Origin: the human T2T-CHM13v2.0 reference genome, Homo sapiens
DNA: 64,000 nucleotides
Assembly (NCBI RefSeq): GCF_009914755.1
Contig: NC_060936.1
Direction: 5' to 3' (one strand)
Shown here: positions 27,085 to 40,274 of the stretch, one piece after another
How the letters are laid out: every line of letters starts with the position of its first letter
Position numbering within the stretch: the first letter of the stretch is position 1
The notes under the pieces: model-generated
What the model was told of the DNA's origin: nothing
The model's database searches: none
The model's input: only the letters and a program-made list of their open reading frames with translations
Translations under genes and position numbers: made by a program

Positions 27085-27395
27085 AATAATTTTTAAATTT
27101 CTTTGTATGGATGTAGGGGGTACAGGTTTCTTATATGCATATATTGTGTAATGGTGGAGTCTGGGCTTTTAGTGCACCCATCACCCGAATGGTGAACATT
27201 GTACCAATAAATAATTGTTCAATCCTTACCCCTGTCCCATCTCCCACCTTTTGGAGTCTCCATTATCTTATTCCACTCTGTTTGTCCATGTGGGCCCATT
27301 GTTTTGCTCCCACTTCTAAGTGAGGTCATGCAGTATTTGCCTTTCAGTTTCAGAGTTATTTCACTTAGGATAGATGGCCCCTAGTTCTAGCCATC
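27085..27395 (-). mobile_element. L1 (L1PB/L1MA-like) 3' fragment
   Basis: gtctgggcttttagtgcacccatcacccgaat...ctcccacttctaagtgag...gagttatttcacttaggata. Confidence 0.8.
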
Positions 27396-28320
27396 CGACT
27401 TTTTACTCTGGATGATATTTTCATGTGGGTGCTACTTCAAGTAAAGTAGCCTGGTAGAGAGATTGTTTTCTGGAAGTCTGGATTTCTGAATAATTCATTT
27501 CAGTGTTTTTAACTGGGCTGATTGTGCATTTTGTATAGAATGGCAATGTCATCAAGCATCTAAAGAAATCATCTCAATATGGGAGCCTCCGGGGGTCAGT
27601 GCTGTGTGCTTTAGGCTGCTAGCAAAAGCTGTTCCTTTAGGAAAAAACAGTTACTGGTGATTTAGATAAAAACTTAGTATATAATTTAGAGCTGCTCTTC
27701 AGAAAAGCACCCGTTAGTGGACAGGACCAGTTCTACAGTAAAGTCTTCACTGGTCCTTGGCAGGATGGTAATTGTAAGGACAATGGAATAAGCTATACAT
27801 AAAACCAAATATCTTCAATATAATGGACTGTCTTGCATTCTGAAGTGTGTACCTTTTGCTTTGTTAATGTTGAAATGGCCCTTTCTTTTTTGTGTGCTGT
27901 CACAAAGTATGCACTGGTAAATATTTGTTTAGTGAATGGATGAATACAATGATGATGACAGCAAATAATCATGTTGGATTTTTCTCTCGAGTCCTTACTT
28001 GGCAAAATAAAAGCTGACCTCTCAGTTTTGGTTTCCCAAATACTGTGGACTACTCCAGAAAATTCAAATATCTGGGAATCTTTGACCTATAGGATACCTG
28101 GTTTGAATTAGAGCTTTATGGGTGGGACTGATTCATTCTTTGTTCATTCGTAAAGCTGGGCCTGCCCTTATCCTATGCCAGGTGCTGTGCTCTTTCCCTT
28201 AAGAAGATGTGATTATTTAATATAGGATGTAGCATCCCTGGTCTTGGTGAGTTGCATGAAAGTGCCTATAGGAGGTAGGGACTTGTGCCGGAGAGCTGTT
28301 AGCGCTTTGGAGGGTGTTGA

Positions 28321-28620
<300 letters not shown>

Positions 28621-28738
28621 TAAGGGCTAGGATCTCCCTAGCACATGATTCTCTGGCTCCCAATTAATAGCAGATAAATGAGTTTTTTCTCATAAAGTGC
28701 TTGAAAAGCCTTCCAGGTGCTACAAGCTGTTAATTTAA

Positions 28739-28897
<159 letters not shown>

Positions 28898-29307
28898 TAA
28901 TAGCAAACATGTATAATACTTCCATATGTCAGATCTTTTATAATTATTGATATTAACTCAGTTCTTATAGCAGCTTTATGAGGTAATTACTGTCACCCTC
29001 ACATCCTGTCCCTTTTGTTTTCTTGGGACCTGTTTTGGAGGGATTATGCCCAGTGCTTTTAGGAATCTTTTCACATTGACCATTATAAGCACAAGTTGAA
29101 CTCAGATGCATGCAAGAGTCAGGAAGTTTAGGTAAATGAGTAAAAAAAACATATATGAGATAAAACATAATACAAAATACAAATCATATTAAACGGTAAC
29201 TGACAGGCAGCAGTGGTAAGGACATCAAAAGGAGTAGCAGGGTCTGTGGCCTGCCCCATCCACGGGGAGCAGCTACTACACACCTCGGTGGTGGACTCAT
29301 ACTCTGA

Positions 29308-29596
29308 TTTTTTTTTGAGATGAAGTCTCTCTCTGTCGCCAGGCTGGTGTGCAGTGGCGCAGTCTTGGCTCACTGCCAGTCTTCACCTCCCGGGTTCAAG
29401 CAGTTCTCCGGCCTCAGCCTCCCTAGTATCTGGAACTATAGGCTCGTGCCACCACGCCCAGCTAATTTTTGTATTTTTAGTAGAGATGGGGTTTCACCAT
29501 GTTGGCCAGGATAGTCTCGATCTCTTAGCCTTGTGATCTGCCCGCCTCAGCCTCCCAGAGTGCTGGGATTACAGGCGTGAGCCACTGTACCCAGCC
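29308..29596 (-). mobile_element. Alu (AluS-like), TSD ctctgatttt
   Basis: Full-length antisense Alu with flanking direct repeat. Confidence 0.93.
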
Positions 29597-29679
29597 TCTG
29601 ATTTTTTTTTTTTTTTTTTAAAGAGATGCCAAAGATCTGAGTTTTTATGCTCAATGTTCGTTCATTCATTCTTTCATAT

Positions 29680-29955
29680 TCTGAGACAGGGTCTCACTGT
29701 CGCCCAGGCTGGAGTGCAGTAGCACTATCACAGCTCACTATAGTCTTGACCTCCCAAGTCTCAAACGATTCTTCTGCCTCAGCCTCCTCAGTAGCTGGGA
29801 CTGCAGGTGTGTGCCACCATGCACAGCAAGTTTTTGTATTTTTTGTAGAGATAGGGTTTTACCTTATTGCCCAGGCTTGTCTCAAACTCCTGGGCTCAAG
29901 TGATCCACCTGCCTCAGCATCCCAAAGTGCTGGGATTACAGGCGTGAGCTACCAT
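29680..29955 (-). mobile_element. Alu (AluJ-like)
   Basis: Antisense Alu text. Confidence 0.92.
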
Positions 29956-30876
29956 CAATGTTCTAATTTGTAAATCTTGGCAATTAATTTGAAATTTTTT
30001 AAATATCCTGCAAATCATACAAAAGGTGCCAGTTTGCACCTTAGGGATTAGAATGATCAGCCTGAAAAGTGTAATCCCAGAAAAGCAGCTAGTTATCTGT
30101 AATAGTACTAACAATGCCACTGAGGCATGTCTCCAAGTTACCAGCTGTTAGGCTGTTAGGCATTCCTATTGCTAAGCTTCACATTGTGCCAACCCTCTCT
30201 AGGCACTGGGCCCTTGGGAGGAAACAGGACGGGCAAGATCTCTACGCTCATGGAGCTCATAGCCCAGCAAGAGAGGGAGGACTATGCAGGCAGTGAACAC
30301 ATGATTACGTAGATGAGGACAGATAAGCTGGAGGAGGTGAACCTCATCTTACAGAGAAGGAAACTGCAGCTCAGGGTGGTAGGGCAGCTTGCCCAATATC
30401 ACATGGTTTAAGGGCGGATCCAGGATTGGTATAGCCAAAATGGAACCTGTTTTCTAGTTTCCACTTTTCTTCCTTTTGCATTACAGGATAAAAGTGATGA
30501 TACAGCAGCCTTTGGCTACTGGCTGTGAGGCAAAAGTCAGTATCCATGGTGCTTAAGAAAAGGTAAACTGGAGAGCACAGTTGAGGAGACAGCAGCAGGC
30601 CTGCAGGAATCCAAATCCAGTTTGCCAGATTGATACTGTTTTTTGAAAGAAGCCTCAATTTGGGTTTTTATGTGAAGTATACCAGTTTCTAAAACATTTC
30701 TATAGGGTTCCTCCAGCTCTTGGGCCACCAGTTGGAGAACCCTTTAGTCTTTATGATCTTCAGTGTCCTCATCTGTAGGAAGGAACTGCATGTGATTATG
30801 TGTGAATCACCTGGCATAATACCTGCACGTGCCAGGTACCCGCTGAAGGCTTGTTTTCTTTGTTTTCACTTTTTGA

Positions 30877-31038
<162 letters not shown>

Positions 31039-31377
31039 TGAAAGTTCCTGTTGAATATTAGGACCAATTCACACACAAATGCAAATAAGTAGTGGATGGA
31101 AAACATTACCAAAGTACAAATGATTCCTTAGTTTCTTCATGATCCAGGTAGCTACGTTCTGCTCTTGCCACAACACAGGATAGTAAATTTTCTTACTAGG
31201 CTATTTTGTCTTTGCGTTTAGTGTTAAAATAAGTCCTGTTTACAGCTTATTTGTCCATTCAGGTCCACTGCTTTATCTGGCACTGGACCTAACTAATAGG
31301 TCCAGTTCCAACAGTTAGAGCACAAGTGATATGATCTCTATAACAGCCCATGACATTCCTCTTTTTCCCACCTATAG

Positions 31378-31554
<177 letters not shown>

Positions 31555-32904
31555 TAGTCTGTATTTTCAGAGTCACTATCAACGAGAGTTGCTAGTTGAG
31601 CCACTGTTCTGGAAGAGAGGAATTTTGATTCTGTTATCAATATGAGCCCTCCTTTGGTGTGTGTTGGACCCTTAAACTGCTTGCCACGCCACAGCCTCCA
31701 TGGCAGGGAATCTGTCACTTTCCTTCCCATTCATTTAATGTAATCAGTACTTTATGATCTACATTATTATACTAGTCAGGCCTCTTGTTAAAAGTACAGA
31801 AGCCGAACGTGAGCACAGCTAGTATCACGTACCAGTTAAGCAAGGAAGAGAACGTTGTGCTCTAGAATATATTCAGTAACGTGGCAGCTAGAGTAAGGAG
31901 AGCTAGGGGGTTCTGATTCTCCCTCTCATTCTTTTCTCTCATCCCTGCTCCCTTTTGGGGTCACCTCGTCCTTTCCTGCTGTAATCATGGCAACGAGCAG
32001 TTTTGACTTTATATTCTTACTCTGTCTTGACTAAAGGGAGGAGAGGCCTCCCGACCAGTTCAAAAATCCAGGTTTCTTGTAGGTCCAGTGAATCCTGGGT
32101 TCATCTCTGAACCAGTCACAGTGGCAAGAGGAATGGGGTACTGCCACTAGCCCAGCCTGGTCCTGTGTTCCCCTACCCCCTTCAGTGTTCTGAAAAGGAT
32201 GGACAGGGGTGTGAGCAGACATACACAGGAGCCACTTCCACTTTGCTTATAAGGATAGAGAGGTCTCAGGGACAGAGGCTTGGCAAGGACACAGATAGCA
32301 GCTCAGTAATGGAACGAAAGTCCCCAGACCGCCCCCAACCCCAGTAATAATCCATTCCCAGCCATCCCTCTTTGGCTGCTCAGGAATGGCTCTTGCCATG
32401 CCTGGCTTGTCAGGTGAGACATGGCTCAGCGCAGGGTTTCCACACTATGTTCCTCGGAGCCCTGGGAGTCCACCAGAATGCCTTAGGGCCAAGTGAGCAG
32501 GGTATTTCCCTACCTGCACGCGAGCCAGGCAGATCCTTGTTTATCTGCTCTCTATGTGTACATTCCACAACAGATTGCTCTTTGAGGAGAGGCTCTTCTA
32601 TTTTGGACAAACAAAAAAAGTTTATGCAAAGAAACAGACGTCAGGAGAAAAAGGGCCCTGACTCTGGAGCCAGGAATATGTGAAATTCAGTCCTGATTCT
32701 GCTGTTCATTTCCCACGTGGCCTTGAACAAGCTGCTTCCCCTCTCTTACTGTCGATGAGCTTTGAGGTTTGAACTCAGTGGTCTCCAAGGTTGTCTCCAA
32801 GGTCCCTTCCAGGTGGACCTGCTGTAGGGTCTGTGGGCCTAGAAAGCAGTCAGGCCTTTTGCTTGACTTACACTTGGTGAAACAATGAACTGTCATCAAA
32901 ATTA

Positions 32905-33130
32905 GAACAGCAGCCAACATTACATGGAGTTATCTATGTGCCAGACACTGTTCTTAGTGCATCATACGCATTAATCCATTTATTTCTCACAACAACCCTA
33001 TGAGGAAAGCAGTGTTACTATTTCTGGTCAACAGATGAGGAAACCGAGGCACAGAAAGGTTAAGAAACTTGCCTAAGCTCACACAGCTAGTAAGTGGTGA
33101 AGTCAGAAGGCTGAGCCCAGAGTCCTAGTC
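32905..33130 (-). mobile_element. MIR
   Basis: tctcacaacaaccctatgagg...cagatgaggaaaccgaggcacagaaaggttaagaaacttgcctaag. Confidence 0.8.
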
Positions 33131-33478
33131 ATGCTCAATTGCATTTCTGCTCTGTTGCTGCAGAGTTCAGACAGACAGGCAGGCACATGTACATACAGCA
33201 AGCCAGCCCTGGTCATCTTGTTTTCTAGGGATTCTCAATTCTCCATTCCCAAGAATAATGGAATCCCATGATTCCATTATCAGGCACTAGAGTGCCACAT
33301 TCCCTGTTATTTAACTCCTGGAGTGGTCATTGCCCAAGAGAAAAAGAATTAAGACTGACTTATAATCCTGACTCAGTGATTCCAGGCTGAGTGCCCATAG
33401 AGCAGTTGTAAAGTGAACACTTCACTGTCTGGAATCAGAAGACGTGTGTCTTAATCTTGCTGTGTTTATTGTTTCCAG

Positions 33479-33575
33479 CCTGAAATCCTGCAGGACTCCC
33501 GACTCATCACCCTGTACCTCACGATGCTTGTCACCTTCACAGACACTTCAACGTGGAAAATTCTTCGGGGAAAAG
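33479..33575 (+). CDS. UBE3B: UBE3B exon 7 ([32 protein letters not shown])
   Basis: tttccag / AAG|gtctgt; 97 nt; cumulative 544. Confidence 0.95.
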
Positions 33576-34617
33576 GTCTGTGGGACTTGCTTCAAAATGT
33601 TCTCTAACCAACATTTCCATAGAGAGCTCAGGGACCTTTTTTCCTTTGTAAGAAGCATTTTTGCCACAAGCCTCAGGGAAGGCCCTGAGACCATACAAAT
33701 GAGGATGCCCTTGGTGCTGACCATCAGACTGCATCGCAGTATCCACAATCCATTCAGCATTGTGTGTTGTACTCAACCCTTCTTTGAATTTACATTTAAA
33801 GTCATGGTTCTTCTGATTTTAATTTTTATAGTTCCCACAGTGCCTTAGCCTCCAAGTGATTACATTCACTTAAGCCTTGTCATTTTACTTGGAAAATCAT
33901 TAGGTTGTGAATAATTCTATTTTGCCCATAAAATTTGCATTATAAACTTCTTCCTTCCCTGGTAAGTGTCGTTAGTGCCGTGTGTTTCATATGGTCATTT
34001 CATTCATCTGTTCAACAAGTAGCCCATACATGCCAGATGCCTCTAGGCGCTGAAGACAGATAAGCAAAACAGAAAGGGGCATTGCCCTCCAGGGACTTTA
34101 GGTGCTCCCTTCCTCACAGAACTTAAAGTCCGATGAGGAAAACAGGCATTAAATAGATGTCGCTCATAGATATAAAATGACAATAATGTGGTAAGTGCTT
34201 GGAAGGAAGCATGCAAGAGAAATGAGAGTGTCCAGTAGGGTGGGGAGGCCTTGCTTGGTCTGGGTCTCTAGCTTTCCTGAAGAAGTGGTGTGTGAGCTGA
34301 GAGCTGCAGAGGGAGCTAGGATTCACAGAGTGAAGAGCGGGGATGAAACGGAAAGCAGGGAAAGCTGTATGCAAGGCTCCAGGTCAGCAAGGAGGGCTTA
34401 TTTCAGGCATGACCCTGGCCTCTTGGGGGGAACCCAAAAATTGTTCAGTTCTGGGCCCTGCTGGGAAGCTCATGTCCCATTGAGGAGAGTAGGCATCCCC
34501 CTGGCGAAGGCAGTGCTAGGCCCTAGGAGGGAATTAGAAAAGGTGCTACAGGCGCTCAGAGGCCAGAGACGTCACTTCTGGCTAGGGGTGTGAGAGGACC
34601 CATCACTCAAGAGGTGA

Positions 34618-35022
<405 letters not shown>

Positions 35023-35396
35023 TAGGAAGAGCTTGATGCCTGCTGTCCTCTTCTTCCTTCCCCTGCCTTGTCTCACTTGTGGGTCAGGTAAAGGGAGGAC
35101 AGTGGTGCTGGGATCCCTTGAATGCTCTACATTTTTGGCTGCAAGGGTAATCCAGTCTTTTGACATTTAAACTCTGGAAGGAGACCTCAGGGCTTGTTCC
35201 CTCAGATTCCTTCTTGGTTGATGTCTAGAATCATATTTCTAGCTCTGTGTCCTCAAACAGCCCTTTCCACTTTGTACCTTGTTGTGCCAGATCATACCTC
35301 TAGGGAATTGTTGAGAAAGCCTGATTGCTGTTTAAAGGTACAATGGAAGTCTTGAGTTTGAGAAGTAATGTTGACTTTGCCCTTCCTTCTCCCTAG

Positions 35397-35501
35397 TGCT
35401 GTGATGGGCTGTTTCCTGATTTGGTTTCATATGCTCCTCACAACAACCCTGTGAGGTGGTCCGTTGGCAGAAGCTGGTATGACTGGCAGTTGTCTCGCTA
35501 G
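35397..35501 (+). CDS. UBE3B: UBE3B alternative terminal exon in intron 8 (CCDGLFPDLVSYAPHNNPVRWSVGRSWYDWQLSR*), giving a 244-aa protein
   Basis: Strong acceptor ttgactttgcccttccttctccctag; open phase-0 frame to TAG; ATTAAA at 35526 and 35608; 210+34=244 aa matches a short isoform length I recall. Confidence 0.72.
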   Translation, partial: CCDGLFPDLVSYAPHNNPVRWSVGRSWYDWQLSR

Positions 35502-35709
35502 AGGAACCTTCTACTTCATACCATAATTAAACGGCTTCTAAAATAATATGATGTCTTTAAATTTTAAGTCTGGCATTATTTGTATTAGCTGTTTTTTTAA
35601 CTTTATTATTAAAGAATTTCTAACCATAATATTTAGAGAAAGAGTGGTAGAGTTAACCTCGTTACCCAATACTTTCTTCCCTTTCCTTTTATAAAAACAC
35701 TGCATACGG

Positions 35710-35842
35710 TTTTTTGTTTTTTTGTTTTTTTGTTTTTTTTTTAAGAGACAGGGTTGCCCTGTCACCCAGGCTGGCCTCAAGGAATCTTCCTGCCTCAGCC
35801 TCCTGAGCTGGGACTGTAGGTACAAGCCACCATGCCTGGCTC
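35710..35842 (-). mobile_element. Short Alu fragment
   Basis: gagacagggttgccctgtcacccaggctgg...cctgcctcagcctcctgagctgggac. Confidence 0.85.
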
Positions 35843-35864
35843 ACAATACAGTTTTTTTATCTGA

Positions 35865-36035
<171 letters not shown>

Positions 36036-36902
36036 TGAGTAAGAAACCATAGCTGAGGTGTTGGCATGTTCTTGAATGCTTCCTCCTCTTGGTTTTTCTT
36101 TCTCTCGTTACTGGTATTAGGTATAGACTTGCCCATTTTGTCAGAATTTATGGGAAGCATTGTTCTTAATGAAAGTGAGCACATTTGTGACTGCTCAAAC
36201 TTTTTCTTAATCTTCAGTCTTGAATATTTCTTAATCTTCAGCCCTGAATATTATTGCAGTGTGATCTTTGGAAACTATTCAAAATGAATTTCTTTTATCT
36301 AAAAGAGGCCAAGATGCAATCATTTTTCCTTTTGAAGTTTTAATTGACAAAACAAAAAACCTAGGAGCCAGGAGAAGCCCAGCAAAGGGCAGGGTGAGAG
36401 GATTAAGGAAATAATGTGAATACGCATGTAAAATGTTAGAATTTGGAGGACCAGAGAAGAGGTGATATTTGCCTTCACTTAGTTTGGAGATGTCAGGTAC
36501 TGAAGAAGCTAAGTTAATTCCTTATGGAAATTACACCTGCAATTCTGAGAATTGCCAAATGTAAAACACTATGCTTGTTCATAGGTCCAGAACATGTTTA
36601 AACTGTCAAGGGGAACACTAGCTTGGGGAGATGTTAATAAAAGATCCTGGAAGGAAGAGTGTCATGGTGGAACCAGCTTGGTGAAAGCTGCCTGCTCTGC
36701 CCCCATCTGTGGATCTACAGTACACCTTCATGCTGAGAGCTCTGAGAAGTGCTGCTATGCTAGCAGGACCCCATGGGCTTATTTAACCCGGGGTTGGCCC
36801 AAACGTATCTGAGCATGGAATACCCCTGCCTTGTTTTTTGGATGCCGTTGATATCCCATGAAATCATTTTCCATGGAAAACCTATTTGGAAAATGATGGG
36901 CT

Positions 36903-37915
36903 AGAGCATGGGTTGGCCAAATTTTCTGGAAAGAGCCGGATAAATATTTCAACTCTATGGGCCATACAGCCTCTGTCACAACCACTCTGCCATTGCATCT
37001 TGAAAGCAGTCGTAGATTGTACATACACAAATGAGCATGACTGTGTTCCAGTAAAACTTTATTTACAAAAATAGGCCATAGTTTATAAACACCTGGTCTA
37101 GACTGTGCTTTCCACTAACCACTAGCCACAGGGGGCTGTTTAAATGAAAATTCATTTAAGTTAAATAAAATGAAGAATTCACTTCCTCAGTTGCATTAGC
37201 CACATTTCAAATGCTCAGCGGCCACATGTAACTAGTAGCAATTGTGTGGGACAGCACAGATATAGAAAACTTCCAGCATCACAGAAAGTTCTGTTGGACA
37301 AGGCTGACCTAGAGCAGGTCTGTCCGATGGAAACACAGTTAGAGCCACATTTAAAAAGCCAAAAGAGGCCAGGCACGGCGGCCCATGCCTGTAATCCCAG
37401 CACTTTGGGAGACTGAGGTGGGCAGATCATTTTGAGCTCAGGAGTTCAAGACCAGTCTGGGCAACATGGCCAAACCTTGTCTCTACAAAAAATACAAACA
37501 TTAGCTGGGCATGGTGCCATGTGCCTGTGGTTCCAGCTACTCAGGAGTCTGAGGTGGGAGGATCACTGGAGCCAGGGAAGTCAAGGCTGCAGCGAGCCGT
37601 GATTGAGCTTCTCCAGCCTGGATGACAGAGTGATACCTGGTCTCAAAAAAAAAAAAAAAGTCAAAATAAAAGGGAAATTTAGTATAATGATATGTTTTTA
37701 TTTAAACTAATATATCCAAAATGTTATTTTTACATGTAATCAATATTTTTAAATTATTTTAATTAAAATTAAATGTGTTACATTTTTCTCTTCATGCCAA
37801 GTCTTCAAAACTGGTATGTACTTAGAGCACATCTGAATTTGGACCAGCCGCATTTTTAAGTGCTCAGTAGCCACATATAGCCAGTGGCTACCATATTAGA
37901 CCACATGCCTCTAGA
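36903..37915. mobile_element. Chain of hAT-Charlie MITEs (MER58-like, MER3-like, MER33-like); the last is interrupted by a sense Alu
   Basis: gttccagtaaaactttatttacaaaa; tagccacatttcaaatgctcagcggccacatgt; gtgctcagtagccacatatagccagtggctaccatatt. Confidence 0.75.
37367..37659 (+). mobile_element. Alu (AluJ-like)
   Basis: Full-length dimer. Confidence 0.93.
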
Positions 37916-38701
37916 GGCTAGACCCTCACACAGAAGAACAGGATGTAACCGGTTATGCTATCATTAGTTATGGAAGTATAACTATTTATCTAATAAACAA
38001 TTGTGCCTTCATTTCATACTTCTAGGGAAGTTATGTGAGTTGTATTTAATGAGCCCTAATGTCTAGGTACAAACAGGTTTTCCCAGAAGCCTAAGAAACA
38101 GATTCACTGCAACTGTCCCTACCCAAGTCACCTTGTGGGGCAGCTCATTCCAGCAGCATTGCCCACTGTCCTCTGGCAGACACAGTGAAGGTCAGCACAC
38201 TGAGGCCTGAACTTTCAAGCTCAGGAGCAGCTCTGCCTCCCCCTCCACCTCCAGAGACACAAGCTCTAGGAGCACCTCACCTTTCTTACCTGTCCAGCAT
38301 CCCTCCCCTGTCCTGGTGTGGTTGTAATTCACATATGATTCACCAACATGCTCACATCCAGTCATTCTACCACACTTAAATTCTCCTTTAAGAATATAAC
38401 CAGCAGTCATCCTTGTAGTTTTTCTTCTCTGTATGTATTAGATTCCATTGAATCACTTGTTAAGGCCAGGCTACTCTAAAGCCTTTTTCCCAAATAGAAC
38501 TTTTCCCCTCTGAATGTTTGTATATAATTGAACACAATCAGGACCTTTTAAAGTAAGATATCAGTGGTTTCATCATATAGGAATATAGTGAAAGTCTATA
38601 AAATCGTCAGTGGTGTGCCAAGATGTGATCACTAAATCCTGAAATATGAATAGCTAACATTCATGGGCCACACATTGTTCTAAAACTTTTACACGTATTA
38701 A

Positions 38702-39032
<331 letters not shown>

Positions 39033-40274
39033 TTTTCTCCATTTTATAGATAAGGAAGCTAAGGCCCAGAGAAGTTAAACTGTTTGCTCTTGGTCACACA
39101 GCAGGGAGTGGCCAGGCCAGAAATTAAACCCAGGCTATTTAACTCCAGAACTCATACTCTTTCTTCTTATTCTTTGTACTTGCCTCACATGTTGGACACA
39201 TTTTTGTATTCTAAGAATAATATATATATTTTTTAGTAAATAGCACTTGAGAACCTTCCCAAACTTGCCCTGTTCCTCACACTGCCGTGGCATTGATTTT
39301 CTGGACGCCTAGTTTGCCCAGGCACTTAGTCATGTAACCACTAGCCGTGGCTTCTGTTTTTCCCCATATGCCTGCCCAGCTCCCTGGTTGTACTCTGAGC
39401 TCTCTGTTAGCAGGGACTGTGCATCAGTCATACCTCTTCTGTTTATCCTTCTCCTCAACCCCCCACCATGTCTGGCCCTGTTAAACAATCAAGTAAGCAG
39501 TGCACTTATAGACTTTGTCACCCAGAGGTACTTAAATGCAACAGCTACAGGTAGGCTAAAGAAAGATTCTGTTGACCTCATGCTGGGGAAATCGGTAATA
39601 AGAAATTGAGGGAGTTGTAGGAGTGTTTGCAGTGTGTGTGGTTTTTTGAGTCTGGCCTCATGCGGACTAAAAAGATCACACCCCTCCAAACATTGAGGCA
39701 GCCCTGCAGTCCTATAATGCTTCCACTGATACGTCGCTCCCAGTCAGGCAGGCAGGCCAAGTTACTTAGGGATATGGCCCAGGATGGAATCCATAGGTTT
39801 CTGTGAGAACCCCTAGAGAATGCCACAGCCCTTTGTACCCTTATAACAATGCAGTCCTTTCCTTGCAAATGCGAAGTGACTGGTTGTAGTTTTAGCAGCT
39901 TTCTCTGTGATTTGCTTTTCTTCTATTTAGGGAATTGTGCTCTTCTGTTTTAAACTTCTTTCTAACCTGCAGAAAAGAACATGGTTCTCTTTTCATGTGC
40001 CCCACTCAGATCAGAGAGGTTAGCTCAGTTGGTTAGCCTCACCTAGACAAGTGGTGAACATAGGTACTGATATTTTCAGCATTTCAGCTTCATAAAACAT
40101 CCTTGTCCCAAAAATGGTACTCTTGAAAGTGAAAGTATATAGTGTGAATTCTGAGAGCCTAAATACCACTAACACCTCTGCTCATTGCTATTGGAGCACA
40201 TTAGCTAGAAGAAACCTTTTTTTTCCCCTCTGTAAGTTGTTCTCATACCTTTTTTTCTGCATGACCTCTGAGTG

